DNA of 64,000 nucleotides from Euprymna scolopes (taxonomy: Eukaryota): assembly GCA_053919585.1 (NCBI GenBank), contig CM132789.1, one strand, 5' to 3'. Both the position numbers and the translations under genes were made by a program. Shown one piece after another: positions 1 through 11,992 of this stretch. The first letter of the stretch is position 1. Each line of letters opens with the position of its first letter. The notes below the pieces were generated by a model that did no database searches, was not told the origin of the DNA, and saw only the letters and a program-made list of their open reading frames with translations.

Positions 1-1451
1 GACTAATGACGTGAATATTGGAGACTTTGTGATGCTGGTAGTGGCGTTGTCATTGAGCAGTAAAGACAAAGATGAGAGTAGGAAAACCACTCAAGATTAA
101 TCTGTCTTGGAGGATTAAGGCAGATCTATTGCAAATCATTTCAATCAACGCACACTGACAGTTTTCATAAGAAAGGCCAGAATAGAACAATAAATTAATA
201 ATTAATTAATTACACACTCAGTAGAATTAATCAATCGGATTGGGTGAGAAAGACTTCTTACTCGGAATGAGGCAGATTAGACGAATTATAGAGAATAAAT
301 AAAAAACAACAAAAAAATAGTAAAAGCAAAAACCAATGAAAAAAGCTTTTGTAAAATTTCAATAATTCAAAATTAGGTCAGTATTTCAAAGATAAAAATA
401 ATTAGATAATCAAATGAAATGCGATTAAAGTCGTTATTTAATGAAAGAGTTTGTTTTTTTTTGTTAGAAAATTGTTTCTCAAACTTGAACGTGATCCATT
501 TAAAAGTCTACGAAGTTAAAATGTATTGCATTTATTCGTATGCGAGTTGAACAATTATAGATTGCAACCGTTTTTTGGAGGGGGGGGTTCTGCTAAGTTG
601 TGCAGAATGTAAGTGGACAGAATCCACACTACTGATCTCTTCAACCCTTTGGTCAGTCAGGGAGGGGTGCAAACCAACTAGGGAACACAAAAGAATGCTT
701 TTGGCAAAGCTCTGGAGGCTGGTGGGGTAAGTTGTAATGAAAACAAAAAATATTATATAGAAACACTTTTAATAGTAACATATTTAATGAAAAAAAAAAA
801 AAAACCCTTGTTGCACACGTGCATTAATTTGTCCCAAATTTTAAAATTGGGTAATTCAGACTCTTGATGATTAAAAAGCAAATTTGACTCATTGGTCTGT
901 CTATAAAGTATAATACCCAAGTTTAGTTAGTGAAATTATGTTGTAAGATTTTTATTTGATGGATAAAGCATTGAACATTTTCATAACAATTCAAATGCAC
1001 ATAAGTAAATTATACTAGTTACCTAAAAAAAAAAAAAAAATAAGCAAAAGCCAAAAAACTTAAGTTCAGGCTGACTAAATAATAAAAAAAGAGTATTTCA
1101 TCATGACATTACTGATAAGCTGGAAAGGAAGGTGTTTCAGTTGATCATCACATCAATACAATTTATAGATCAATTAAAATTGGTTCTGGAACAAAAATAT
1201 AGATAAAAGTAAACATTGCAGTTGAGCTTATTTTCAGGGAAAAAAATTATAAATTAAATCCACAAAACATAAAAATAGAAGCAAACAATCTTTAAAAATT
1301 CACAAGAAAAACAAAAAAAAATCCATGCGAATCCTTAAAAAATAATTGTAATGTCTTGATTTTTATATAACATGCACTCTTTATTCTAGAAAAACTTACC
1401 TTATTTACCAATAAAGGAAGAAATTAGCATAAAAATATTGTCCATAACATA

Positions 1452-2342
1452 CAAGGTAGAACGATAAAATTGCTGCCATAGAAAAGACAAAATTTAATTT
1501 CTATTTAATGAAAACGGGTTTTCATTTTTGGTTGCAGACCATTTACTAGTTGGCCTATTGTGTACAAATTCCAATAGCGATAGGAGCCTTCTATCATGTC
1601 TGCAAGTGATACAATGTTCAACGAGCAAGATTGGAAATGTGCTGCTGTACAACTCCTGCTCTCTACCGATCCAAGTTATGACAATAGGACCATTGCCAGC
1701 ACTCTCAAAATGCATCACTGGATTGCCACGAATAACAGGAACATGCCCAGAGTAATGAAAATAAAGTTTCCGGCCACGGTTATAGTCTTCGGTGTGGTTT
1801 CAAGTGATAGCCACATCAGGCCACCTCACATCTTAGAAGTCGGCTTGAAAGTCAACACCAAAGTGTACCTGGATGTGCTGAAGAGTGTGGTGATCCCCTA
1901 GTGCAATCAGGTGGCTGCTGGCAGACTCTGGGTGTGGCGAGAGGGATCAGCGTTGGCCCACAAAGTCCAAGGAGACCCAGGCTTGGCTTCAAAAGGAGTG
2001 CTATGACTTTGTTCCCTTCTTTCACTGACTCCCCCCCCCTCCGACCTGAACCCGCTGGACTACTTTGTTTGATCATACGTCAAGAACATCAATAACATGA
2101 CCTCCTACAACACCAAAGCCAGCTTGATCATTGAGTATTTGTCAAGCTCCTGCCGACATTTCTGAAAAAGGCATGCTCCCAGTTCCGGATCCATATCGAA
2201 GTGATGATTGAGGCAGAAGGCGGCTACATTGAATAAATGTCATCTCTTCTTCATAATAAAGTTATTTGAATTGATTTTTTTCAATAAAAGCTTTAAAATA
2301 AAATTGTCTTTTTTAGGGCGACACTTATCGTTCTCCTCCCTG
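1452..2342 (+). mobile_element. Internally deleted Tc1/mariner-superfamily DNA transposon (maT/DD37D-like), degenerate transposase
   Basis: Imperfect TIRs: left CAAGGTAGAACGATAAAATTGCTGCCATAGAAAAGACAA, right (rc) CAGGGAGGAGAACGATAAGTGTCGCCCTAAAAAAGACAA, both flanked by TA. Translation gives KFPATVIVFGVVSSDSHIRPPHI..GLKVNTKVYLDVLKSVVIP, AHKSKETQAWLQ, DLNPLDYFV and IEAEGGYIE* (stop 2234-2236), with stops and frameshifts. Confidence 0.9.
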
Positions 2343-2859
2343 TAGATAACAAAACAGCACAAATGAAGAAAGTTAAATGCGATTTCTTACTGTTTTTGGA
2401 TCTACATTATAATATAATAAGAAAGCAAAGTAAAAAGTGATATGAATATAGCCATTTGTAAATGTTATTGTCAAAAATACCAGGTTACAAATTTTATTTC
2501 ATGATATTAAAGAAGATAAAAGAATAACGTCAAGGATGAGAGTTCATATAGAAACGTTTCAATTTGAATAAAATAAAATATGCATCAAGTACGCTTGAAA
2601 GCCAAATCACAACGTGATATAAGGAAAATAAACAAATATTTTACTTGTTTGAAATTTATCACTTACTGACATTTACCATTTTCCCCCCAACATTTTTACA
2701 CTAAAAAAAAATTAAAGAAAAAAAAAAAGATTCTTTCCATTTCTTTTTTTAAATTTTTTTTTTATAAAATTAGCATTTAAAACATCATTTCCGTTTTATT
2801 TCGTTTTGTAGTTGCTTAAAAAAACTGGAATGGAATTTTAACGTTCCTTTTCATTCTAT

Positions 2860-3197
2860 GCTTTCTACTGGGGGAAACACACCATAGACTTAACCAAATC
2901 GAATGGTTATTTATGCCATCTTTTTTTTTTTTCGCTTTTCGCTGTGTTTTTTTTGTTTTTCCGAATGCGTTCATCATTTTTTACTCTTATTTTTGCTTTT
3001 CAATTTCTTTTTTAAACAGGTTTGACGTTTGTTTGCTGTTTTTTTTTTGTTTTTCAAATTTTTTTTTAAGAAGTTTAACATTGTTTTTTGTTTTTTTTTA
3101 AATATTTAAACAGGGTTATTACTCCGCTTATTCTTTACTTTACCCCCCCCCTTTCACACACCCACACACACCTCTAAAACCCGGGTACCCCCGCTAA
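2860..3197 (+). mobile_element. Non-autonomous Helitron, 3' portion
   Basis: Homologous to the reverse complement of 53303-53650 (tttaaacagggttatt, CCCC/CACAC block). Ends in GC-rich cccgggtaccccc followed by a degenerate CTAA terminus. Confidence 0.55.
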
Positions 3198-3214
3198 TGA
3201 AATATAAAGCACAT

Positions 3215-4200
3215 CACTAAGCAAGCACTTCAGCATTTTCATATGCTATGCAAACAACATCATCATGGTTAAATGATGAAGGAATCGTGGATTGCTCATA
3301 ATTCACCATACTATTATAGATTTTCCAGAAATCATGAGTTTCTAACTTCTGCAACTCAATGCGTCTTCTGTTCATTTCAGTATACCTTCTTTTGGCTCTT
3401 ACAATAATTTCTAGATTCCACAAATTTTTGCCTATTCATATCTAAGTTATGGCAGCTGAATTAGTGAGACACTTGCTATGCACAATAGTAGCTGCAGTGG
3501 TTGAAGTGAACCATTTGAGAGAGTTGGGCTTGCTATAGAATTTCCGTGTGGGGACAAGTGCTTCAATATCTGCTTTGATCCATTTAGGTGCCTCATTTGA
3601 AGACATTTAGCAGGATGAGAAAAGATTTTACTCTACAGGGTGTCCCTGAGGACAAACCCCAATTAACCAAGGTGATCAGCATTCCCAATTAATTTGTGGG
3701 CATTGGTCACACAAGCCTCAGGTAGTATAGTCAGGAATAGATCAAGAAGTGAGGCTTGCTGATCCTAACAATTTAAGGGCGAGTCAGGAAAATCTGTGAG
3801 AAATAATAAGATAAAGAGAAACTAACTGTTAGCAGCTGTATCTGTATAGCTTGAACAACTGAGCCAATTACTGTGATTGACATTAAAATTTCCACATACA
3901 TGTATTTAGGCTTTCAGTTCTAAATAGTGCTGCATCTATACTATCAAAGACATGGGTCAAAGGAGAATAGTAAAGAAAACCTAAGTAACAAACACATAAC
4001 TCATAACAAACAATCAGACATGAAAGTCTGATCTTCTGATATTAGATTATGCTTTCTAGTCATGGACTCCAAGTCTGTGCATATGTTTGAGTTCTAGAGT
4101 GGGAGGTATCCAATCATGTAAAAGTGATTGGAAAGGATGGCGGAGTGTAGGTTAGTTTTAATCAGGAAGTTTACTAGGATCTAATTTGAGGTTCTTGTGT
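3215..4200 (-). pseudogene. CR1/L2-type LINE ORF2 remnant: APE endonuclease plus linker
   Basis: Minus-strand translation gives KTNLHSAILSNHF..GYLPL, IHVCGNFNVNH (GDFN motif), SLLDLFLT...IGNADHL (SDH motif), WIKADIEALVPTRKF..PNSLKWFT and QKLETHDFWKIYNS. Many disruptions. Confidence 0.8.
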
Positions 4201-4227
4201 CTTTATGATTCCAAGGGAGATCTATCA

Positions 4228-4900
4228 TTTTTTTTTTACCCCCAAACAAGACATTGTCATTTAGAACATTGTTATTATTTGGGATTGTGTCTAAAAGTAG
4301 ACTGTGGGGAGTTGAGCAGCGAGATGTTTGTTCACATTACATTTAAATTTCTGCAGGTTAGTTCTGAGAGGGAGGCAAGAAACAAGGAGGAAATTCTTAA
4401 GTCTAGCAGTCCCAAGAAAGAAACTATTAGAGTAGATGGCTTTCTGGCATTTAGAGAACTTAATGGTGAAGGGGTGGGATTTTGCTGCTTGTCAGATTAT
4501 ACATTGAGGGGGCACAAGTGCTATGAAGACATTATTGATTAAAGTAAATCATGTGACATAGTGGAGATTTAAAGTGATAAAAAGACTTGCAGTTTAGAAC
4601 TTCAAAAAGGAAAGTTATGTATAGATAGATATAAGTGCTTAGATCCCTCTGAAGATAGCCAGAAAAATTCCCAGATAAATGTAATAAATTATGCTTGGTG
4701 ATGATGTTATCTTTGTTGTCCTTCTCCCAGGCATGTCCAGCAGCAAGCCAAGAGGAAAGTATCCAAACAACATAGCTAACCATGGCGACAAGAAGTGAAG
4801 AATATCCATTAAAAAGCCATTTAAAACTGTTTTCTTAAATAAGAGGAATGAAAATGCCCTCATTACTTCTGTACTATTGAGAAAGATTTAAAAATGTTAT
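4228..4900 (-). mobile_element. CR1/L2-type LINE family 2, 3' fragment
   Basis: The reverse complement reads LQKFKCNVNKHLAAQLPT, then a 3'UTR (tgtcttgtttggggt) and poly-A, matching the end of the 21580-23469 copy. Confidence 0.8.
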
Positions 4901-5139
4901 CAAAGAGAATTTTTTTTTCTTAAAAAAGTTTTCTACTTACCAATGACAAATTCAAAATAGTAGAGGTCTTCTATCGCATCACGTAATAACCGTAGGTCAT
5001 TCTCAGAGAATTTCACTTTACACAATTCACGTCTCTGTTCATCTTCTGGAAGATTTAGGGGAAAAAAGGCAAAAATTCGATCAGATCATTTGCTAATATA
5101 CATAGAGTAAAACAGTTTTTTCTTTTTCTTACTTGAGAG

Positions 5140-5495
5140 TCACCACTTATCAGGGCCAAAGGCCACTCAAGGATAAGGGTTAATGAATGCAAGATGGTAG
5201 TGCAGTAATCGTTAATGGTGTAAATTGTGAAGAATTTGATTATCTATGGGGACGTCTCAACAAGAACTTGTTTACATTGGATTTGGAGGCTCTCATGTTG
5301 TATTTAACCGGGAAGCAGGCCAGCAGAACAGCGTTACAAAGATGGGCAATTCTGGGAAAGAAGTTTAGTTCATGGAATCTGTGTTTAGATTTATGCACAG
5401 ATAGAGTAGGGGAAATCCAACTTGCCTTTGTAAGAGAAAGGTTCAAGTTAGGGCAGTTTTTATTGATTATAACTAAGGGTCAAACGATGTGATAA
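5140..5495 (-). mobile_element. CR1/L2-type LINE family 1, 3' fragment
   Basis: Translation RFHELNFFPRIAHLCN..FPVKYNM..KSNVNKFL, plus the 3'UTR motif taacccttatccttgagtggcc shared with 28190-28211. Confidence 0.85.
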
Positions 5496-6132
5496 TTATT
5501 CTTTTCACCTATGTGTAACCCTGTGGTCGTGATTTCTGGAGTCAATACTGACAAAATCTATGACAGCTTTATTTGCTATTCAGGGCAAAGAATATATATC
5601 CATTTGCTTTCTATATTTCTATCCGAAAAGATCAGTTTACAAGAGAGATAAATTATATCATGCACGAAAGGAACAATTTGTTTCACTTAAATAAAAAACA
5701 TGGCCATCAAAGTGACATCAGTGAAAAGAAATAGAAATTGAACTGTGGTTCATTACGTTAATAGCACCGATAGCCCAAACTTTACCCAATCACCTCTTTA
5801 CTCCCATCCCCACACTTTCTTCTTGCTCTCTTTCAGCGTTTGTGTGTATGATCAGAAACTGCTGGCTGAAATGCATCAGCAATAAAAATATCCCTATAAA
5901 TCAACATTGTCTTCATCAAATAAAACTGGAGGAGACAAACATGGTTTAGTGGCTGTAATACATATAAACATATCAAATAACCAGGTAGACATACAATCAT
6001 ACACAAACGCACACATAACATGATTACATGTATGTATTTACGATATATTGTATGATGTTATCTACTGACAGACACAATGCGACATAATACAAGTCAGAAA
6101 ATGCATGCAAATACATATATACATGTGTTGGC

Positions 6133-6174
<42 letters not shown>

Positions 6175-7524
6175 TGTACATGCATAAACTACATTGAAAA
6201 ATAAAAATAGAACAAATAGAAATTACAATTTAGAAGGGGATCAAAGACTAAACACCATTACTTAATAAGGAAAAGCGATGTTCAACAGCATGAGGAAAAT
6301 AAACATGTCCATTTGAGAATTACATACTTATGTTTAACATGCATAATAAGCCAAAATAAATAATTCAATGCACATCATGTACCTCTGTATTATATATCTT
6401 GCGAGATTTTGACAGTTGGATTTGAAAACATTTAAGTTGACATATCAAACATGGATTCTAAGAAATTTTCACTTTTTATTGTTGCGTTATGCTATTGAGA
6501 TTATACTAATATATTTTACTACATTTTAAAAATATCTGGTTTTAAAAACCTGAATAACAAGTACTATGTGAGCATGACGTTCCTAGATTTTGAAATCAAA
6601 TATTACAATCGTAAAATAAACAACATTTAATAAGAAAAATGTTGATAAAAATAACTGTTGGTGGAAACTAAACAAAAAAAAGTGGGCACTTGCCAAGTAG
6701 AAAATAGTACACCAGGCCAGTACATGTAGAAATTTAGATGACCCATGCAGATTATGCCTGAATGAGAAATTTTTATTTCTAAACTTTAAGAATCATAAAA
6801 ACCATTAAAATGTAGGAGTGAAGTAGCAAACAACTGTAGACATACAATCAACTTTATTTTAGGATAACAATAAATAAAATAAAACTAAAGTAAATCAACA
6901 CCTAAAATAGAATAAAATAAAAAAAGAAGAGCAAGTCAAGCAGAACCTTTGTTTTTGTGAAGCTGTGCCATTGGCTAATGGAAAAATTAATTTAGGGGAG
7001 GGAATAACAAGAAATCTAATTTATTAGTTTGTTAGACAAATGATTATGTCTATACATGAAAACCTTTAGTAATATGAATTCCATAATATCGTTTTAGGCT
7101 GAGGTTTGCTTATGTGGATGAAAAGTGGAAGCCTCTGAGTAGCTTAATTGCCATAAATATATTTTCATAACTAAAATCAATAAACGAAATGCAAAAGAAA
7201 TTTCTAGATAAATTCAGAAGTTTAATCAGTTCAAAAATAATTTTCTTTTCAATTATTTAAAATACTTATACAATTTTTTTTACAATAAACTTATGACAAT
7301 TTTTTAACAAAACACATGTCACACTGTCAGAAGACCCTATAAAATACTTGATATCAATATTCCAATGATGACGGACCATATGAAAGAAATTGGTAAGATT
7401 AAACAGCTTGATAAACGTTTCTTGCTTGACGATTTGTTCCTAAAAACAGTCATTGTTTTATGAACAACCTGGTAGTTTAAATTCATTAAAATTAAGGCAA
7501 AAACAAACCTTTTCTTGGACGGTT

Positions 7525-7965
7525 TAATCATCTCAAGTAACTTAATATTAGGAGTATATGTATTTTTTTTTCCTGCTTGTCTATGACATTTTTTCTCAGA
7601 AGCTACTGGGCTGAAATTTTCTATAAATCTTAGTTATGATAGGATGCAGCAAACTAAATATCAATGTGCAGTTAGAAATTAGAATAGGGATTAGTATTTA
7701 AGTTCCACTTTTTTTTTTCAGAAACTATCGAGTCGATCTGGCTGAAATTTTGTAGGGACCTTTGTCATAAGGTGCAACAATCAAAGTATTATGGTATCTG
7801 TTTGATGCACAATTAGGGGCTAATAATGATTAGAAGGAATTAGTATTTAATATAAAAATGAGCACAAATTGTTCCATATTCAACCATCAATTTGGCATAA
7901 AGCACTCATTCTAAGTCAATGAGATATAAGTTTTGCCTGTTGAAAATAAGCAAAATGTCTCGTAT
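7525..7965 (+). mobile_element. Probable Helentron-associated non-autonomous element (HINE/DINE-1-like)
   Basis: Subterminal inverted repeat (atctcaagtaactta / taagtcaatgagat), two degenerate ~120-bp internal units (ttctcagaagctact..ggctgaaattt) and a 3' hairpin ttttgcctgttgaaaataagcaaaa. Confidence 0.45.
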
Positions 7966-8066
7966 AATAATATATATAACCCCACATTACTGATATACAG
8001 AATAACTGCTTCACATCTTGTACAAATCGATTCAATGGTATTAGGAAGTATAGTGAGGGTATAGAT

Positions 8067-9621
8067 CAATGTTTCTCAACCAGGATTTGCTAGAACCTAA
8101 ACGTTGCACAAAATGTTTCTAAGAGTTCCACAAGAAGTGAAACAAGCTTATGCACATTGATCTGTTTATTTCATATATCATTACTTCTGCAGAATATGCT
8201 TAAGCAAATGCTTCATCAGCATATTCCGGCAGTTTATGCTGAAAGGTAATGAAACGTTGAGCTAATGAAATTGCTGAAGCCACTAATTAGCAAGCACGAT
8301 AGAAATATGACCAAAATTCAACAATTTTTTTTTTTTTTTTTTTTTAACTTTTCACAAAAGTTTTTCCATTGAAATTTTCTTTTTTATGGAAATCGCTCAA
8401 GACAAGGCATGAAGCCACTTGATGTAAGGAGCTAACAAGAACGAAAGCTGATTATTTAAAAAACAGAAGATTCCTACTGATATTAGTCTTGAAAAGACCA
8501 AGCTATAGGTAGGAGGAAAACAATGAGCAGGAAAAGAGTTCCATAACATTGCAGTCCTTGGAAAGAAGCTATGAGAATAGGAAACTGTATTACAATAAAG
8601 TATTAAAACAATAAATTGATGGAGACCTCTAGACCAACAAGTCAAAATTATCATATTTTCTACCATATTTATATTTTTCCTTAATTTTTGCAATTTTCTA
8701 GTATTTTAAAATTGGCCAGAGTTTACAAGTTAAGTTCAATTTTTACAGTATCTTGTTTATTAAATTGTTAGGTGAAAGTACAGACTAGTTAACAAAGTTC
8801 CCGTCCCCATGTTACAAATAATTTTATAAATAATAGCACTATTTCAGCATGACTCATAAACAGCACAAGTATCAAAAACGAAAAACCTTTAAATTTAAAA
8901 AAAAAAATTTTCTTTGTAACAAAAAAAATTCATTTATGAAACAGCATACAATGAATTGGTTTCTTTTTTCCCCCCTTAATTTGAACATTTTCCTGTAATT
9001 TTTTTCCCATTAATTTTTCATTGTATTTTCTTTGTGACAACAAAAGCGCTTCTTTTTAATTGAAATTACTACATAACGATTTTTTTTCTCTATATTTATT
9101 TTTCATTACTACCATTTTAAAACTGGCCAGCGTTTGCAGAAAAAAAAAAAGGAAAAAAAATTTTCATTTGGTACCTTCTGACGGTCTATGAAACTTACTA
9201 GAATATGCGGTCTATATTCTGCATAAGTACCAATATATATATAATGTTGATAAACAAGCACAATATATTTTTGGTTATTGTAAGATTGTAATACGGATAC
9301 CATAGCTAATTTATTATGTTGTCAAAAATATTAGAATCATTGGGAATACATTTAGTGATGTCTGTATGACACTAGTGTGAAAACTCCCTGATAAAGTATT
9401 ATAGACGAACAGTATGATTTTTATTGCACATCACCAAAAACTTTGAAAAAGTATTATTTTTTCCATTAAACTAGTTATTAAAATATGAAAGCTACCAGGT
9501 TTAAATATGATGAAAATAAAATAAGAAAAATATGGTACATAACTTTGTTTTTAAGTAGTGGTCTCTTGAGACATACCTCATTTTAAGGGCTATGCAAGGC
9601 TAAAAATGGTTGAGAAATCTG
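8067..9621. mobile_element. Non-autonomous hAT (Buster/Charlie-type) DNA transposon with nested insertions
   Basis: TIRs CAATGTTTCTCAACC ... GGTTGAGAAATCTG. 8-bp TSD gtatagat (8059-8066) / gcatagat (9622-9629) with central TA, as is typical of Buster elements. Confidence 0.8.
8397..8600 (-). mobile_element. CR1/L2-type LINE 3' fragment nested in the hAT element
   Basis: Translation SYSHSFFPRTAMLWNSFPAHCFPPTY matches the ORF2 C-terminal motif. Confidence 0.75.
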
Positions 9622-9658
9622 GCATAGATGCATAACAGATCTTTTGTTTTATAAAATA

Positions 9659-10193
9659 CTAGCAGACCACCTGGCATTGCCGTAAAATATGTAATAAACA
9701 TTATATTTTTAAAATATTGTAAAATACACATAAGCATTATATTTTAATTTATGCAGAAACTGAGATATGTGCATGTGAGCATTGTTTTTGCTAAACAGTT
9801 TACTTCTTGTAAGTAAAAAAAAAATAAAAAAATACTCGAGCTGAGATTGAAACCAAAACCTACAGACAGTGAGTCAAGTACAATAACCATTAAGCCAGCT
9901 TGACAATATTTAAAAAGTGTAGTCAAGCCTACTTATTCTTAACATAAGTTGTCATATGAACGATTCATGCATGAGCAGTCATGAAACAGTTGACAAACAG
10001 ATAAAAATCCGATGAACCCTCCAGTACAAATTTTTAAATTTTGACCCTGTAACAGCCCTTTTTCCAGATAAAAACCAATTTAAAAGTTTTCAAATGTCTG
10101 AATACCCTATATACCAAATTTCAAGTCTGTAGATCAAAAATTCTTTGAGCATATAGAGAGTTGTACTTACATACACAGTCTCACTTTTATAGA
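9659..10193 (-). mobile_element. Non-autonomous Helitron (family H1)
   Basis: On the minus strand it starts A|TC(tataaaagtgaga) and ends with a GC-rich element followed by CTAG|T. Homologous to the copies at 13190, 15207, 31834 and 61256. Confidence 0.75.
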
Positions 10194-10202
10194 TAAACAT
10201 TA

Positions 10203-10490
10203 TTGATTTGGTTTTGTTTTGTTTTATGGCATAACAACCGTCTTCAGGTCATTTAATAGCAACTCTGGTCATTTTGGTAAAAGTTTTTAGGCTTCGAGTT
10301 TCTTATATCTCAAATATGTATTTATAGTGTTTGGTTTGGTTGTTTTGTAAAGGAAAATTGTTGTTTTTGGTTTGGAGAAAATGATCGAGCTTTGTAAAGA
10401 GAAAAAAACAACAATAACATCAATGTATGGTGCATTTGAGTCAGTAAACCGATATCTTCAGACAGCCTTATTTGGTAACACTAGAAAGCA
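10203..10490 (-). repeat. Interspersed retroposon (SINE/LINE tail) with (AAAC/AACC)n end, copy 1
   Basis: About 280 bp colinear with 58605-58870. The minus-strand end reads ...gttatgccataaaacaaaacaaaaccaaatc. Confidence 0.65.
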
Positions 10491-11559
10491 TTTTTGAAAT
10501 TCATTTTATTAAGTATATGTTATATGTATATTAAGTATAAGTTATATGTAGTCCAACAAAGATTGTTTTTAGGGTCTTCTTTTTTTTTTAATTGAAATCT
10601 ACTTCATCTGAAAATTATAAAGTTTTATGACAGATAACTTATATCCTGATTATTCTATGAAAGAAAATGGATTTAATTATAAGTTGTTTTCTAAAAGGAA
10701 ACAGCAATGTTGTAAAGGGAATCAAAAAAATATATATTGCTCCACTTCCCTATGAAACAGTCTATTTCCTTATTTATTTTTTTTAGGAAAGCAGAAGCCT
10801 GGTATTAAAATTTATGTAAACGCCCTACCCCCTCGCTCTGCTGGCAAAGAAGATTAAAATCAACGAACTAAAATATGATGAGGTAAAGATGTTAGAAGAA
10901 ACGTCTTCCTGCATTATGATGATTGGCCAGAATATTCAGAATCAATTTAGAAGAGTTTTAAATGATAAAAGGACAATTTTAAATATGCAAAACAAAGATA
11001 ATAAAACATAGATTTATATAAGAAAGTAGATATTAGAAGCTTTTGCTTTGATATGATGAACTTTGATAAATCCTTAAAAAAATATTTGAATGATGGGAAT
11101 AGGAGTGAAATAAAAGCCCTCAAGAATTGATTCAAACTGAACACATGCATTTTTTCTTCCTCCTTTTGTCCTTTTCTCCTCTTCCACTATTCATTTCATT
11201 CTTACAATATATAACGCATTCAAATGAAATGAAATTGTCTAACACATGTCAAGAGTATCTGCTCATCTCCAGTCACACAGAGTAAAAAACTGAAAGATGA
11301 AAAAAAAAAAAATAGATGCTCTCTACCACGATCATAATCCCTATTCTTTTAAACCCTTTCTTGTCCTAAAGCTAAGCTATAAATCCTGCTTGTAAATAAA
11401 TAATTTACATCTTAATTCAAAAATCGGCTAGAGCAATAGATCAACTAAAAAGTGACCGGTGGTTTCACATTCCATAATCAAGGGTCAGAAATATTTGTTG
11501 ATGCATTTATAAGTACTCTAGTTTACAATTTATGTTTAATTGCCAATCTACCCTTCTTG

Positions 11560-11992
11560 GTTCATATTATTTAGATTATTTGGACTACTGTTTTCATCTT
11601 GAGTGTTATTCACAAAATGTTTTGGCCGATGTAACCTTCAACTTTCTCTAGGTTTATTTTATCAAACTTTGGTATCCTTATTTTATCAAACTTTGGTATC
11701 TTTCAGGTCATCTGCACAGAATTTTGAACACATTTCTTTATTTAATCAATGGGGTAGCATGCTTGCATTCTGTCAGCCATAGCTTAGAAATCCTAAGTAA
11801 TTTGTCAATTGTATTTTGAATGTCGCCTGCACTGAAGTTTGAACCTTTAACCTCCAGGACAATATAACTTAATTTTACCAAGTCCACTATGTCATAGGTT
11901 TGTGCAAATAACACTCAAAATGAAAACAGTAGTCCAAATAATATGAATTCAAACCACAAATTACTAAGATATATCTAAAAATCCAGAAATAT
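11560..11992 (-). mobile_element. tRNA-headed SINE with Penelope-type pLTR/hammerhead tail and an inverted tail copy
   Basis: 11-bp TSD tacccttcttg at 11549-11559 and 11993-12003. A box at 11884-11894 and B box at 11836-11845 (minus). Decayed hammerhead at 11618-11651. Inverted repeat 11576-11618 versus 11904-11943. Body homologous to 55885-56092. Confidence 0.75.
11618..11651 (-). ncRNA. Degenerate minimal hammerhead ribozyme (Penelope-associated type), probably inactive
   Basis: The minus strand reads CTAGAGA-aa-GTTGA-aggttaca-TCGGC-CAAAAC. This is the CUGANGA / stem II / CGAAAC layout with core substitutions, mostly consistent with CpG decay. Confidence 0.5.

Noticed and set aside
1-120. 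Possible LINE endonuclease remnant on the minus strand (SNIHVI..)
   Set aside because: Too short and degenerate at the window edge to support.
5700-5840. Promoter-like motif cluster (ATCAAAG, TGACATCA, TTACGTTA, CCAAT)
   Set aside because: Short motifs of this kind are expected by chance, and no linked gene is supported.
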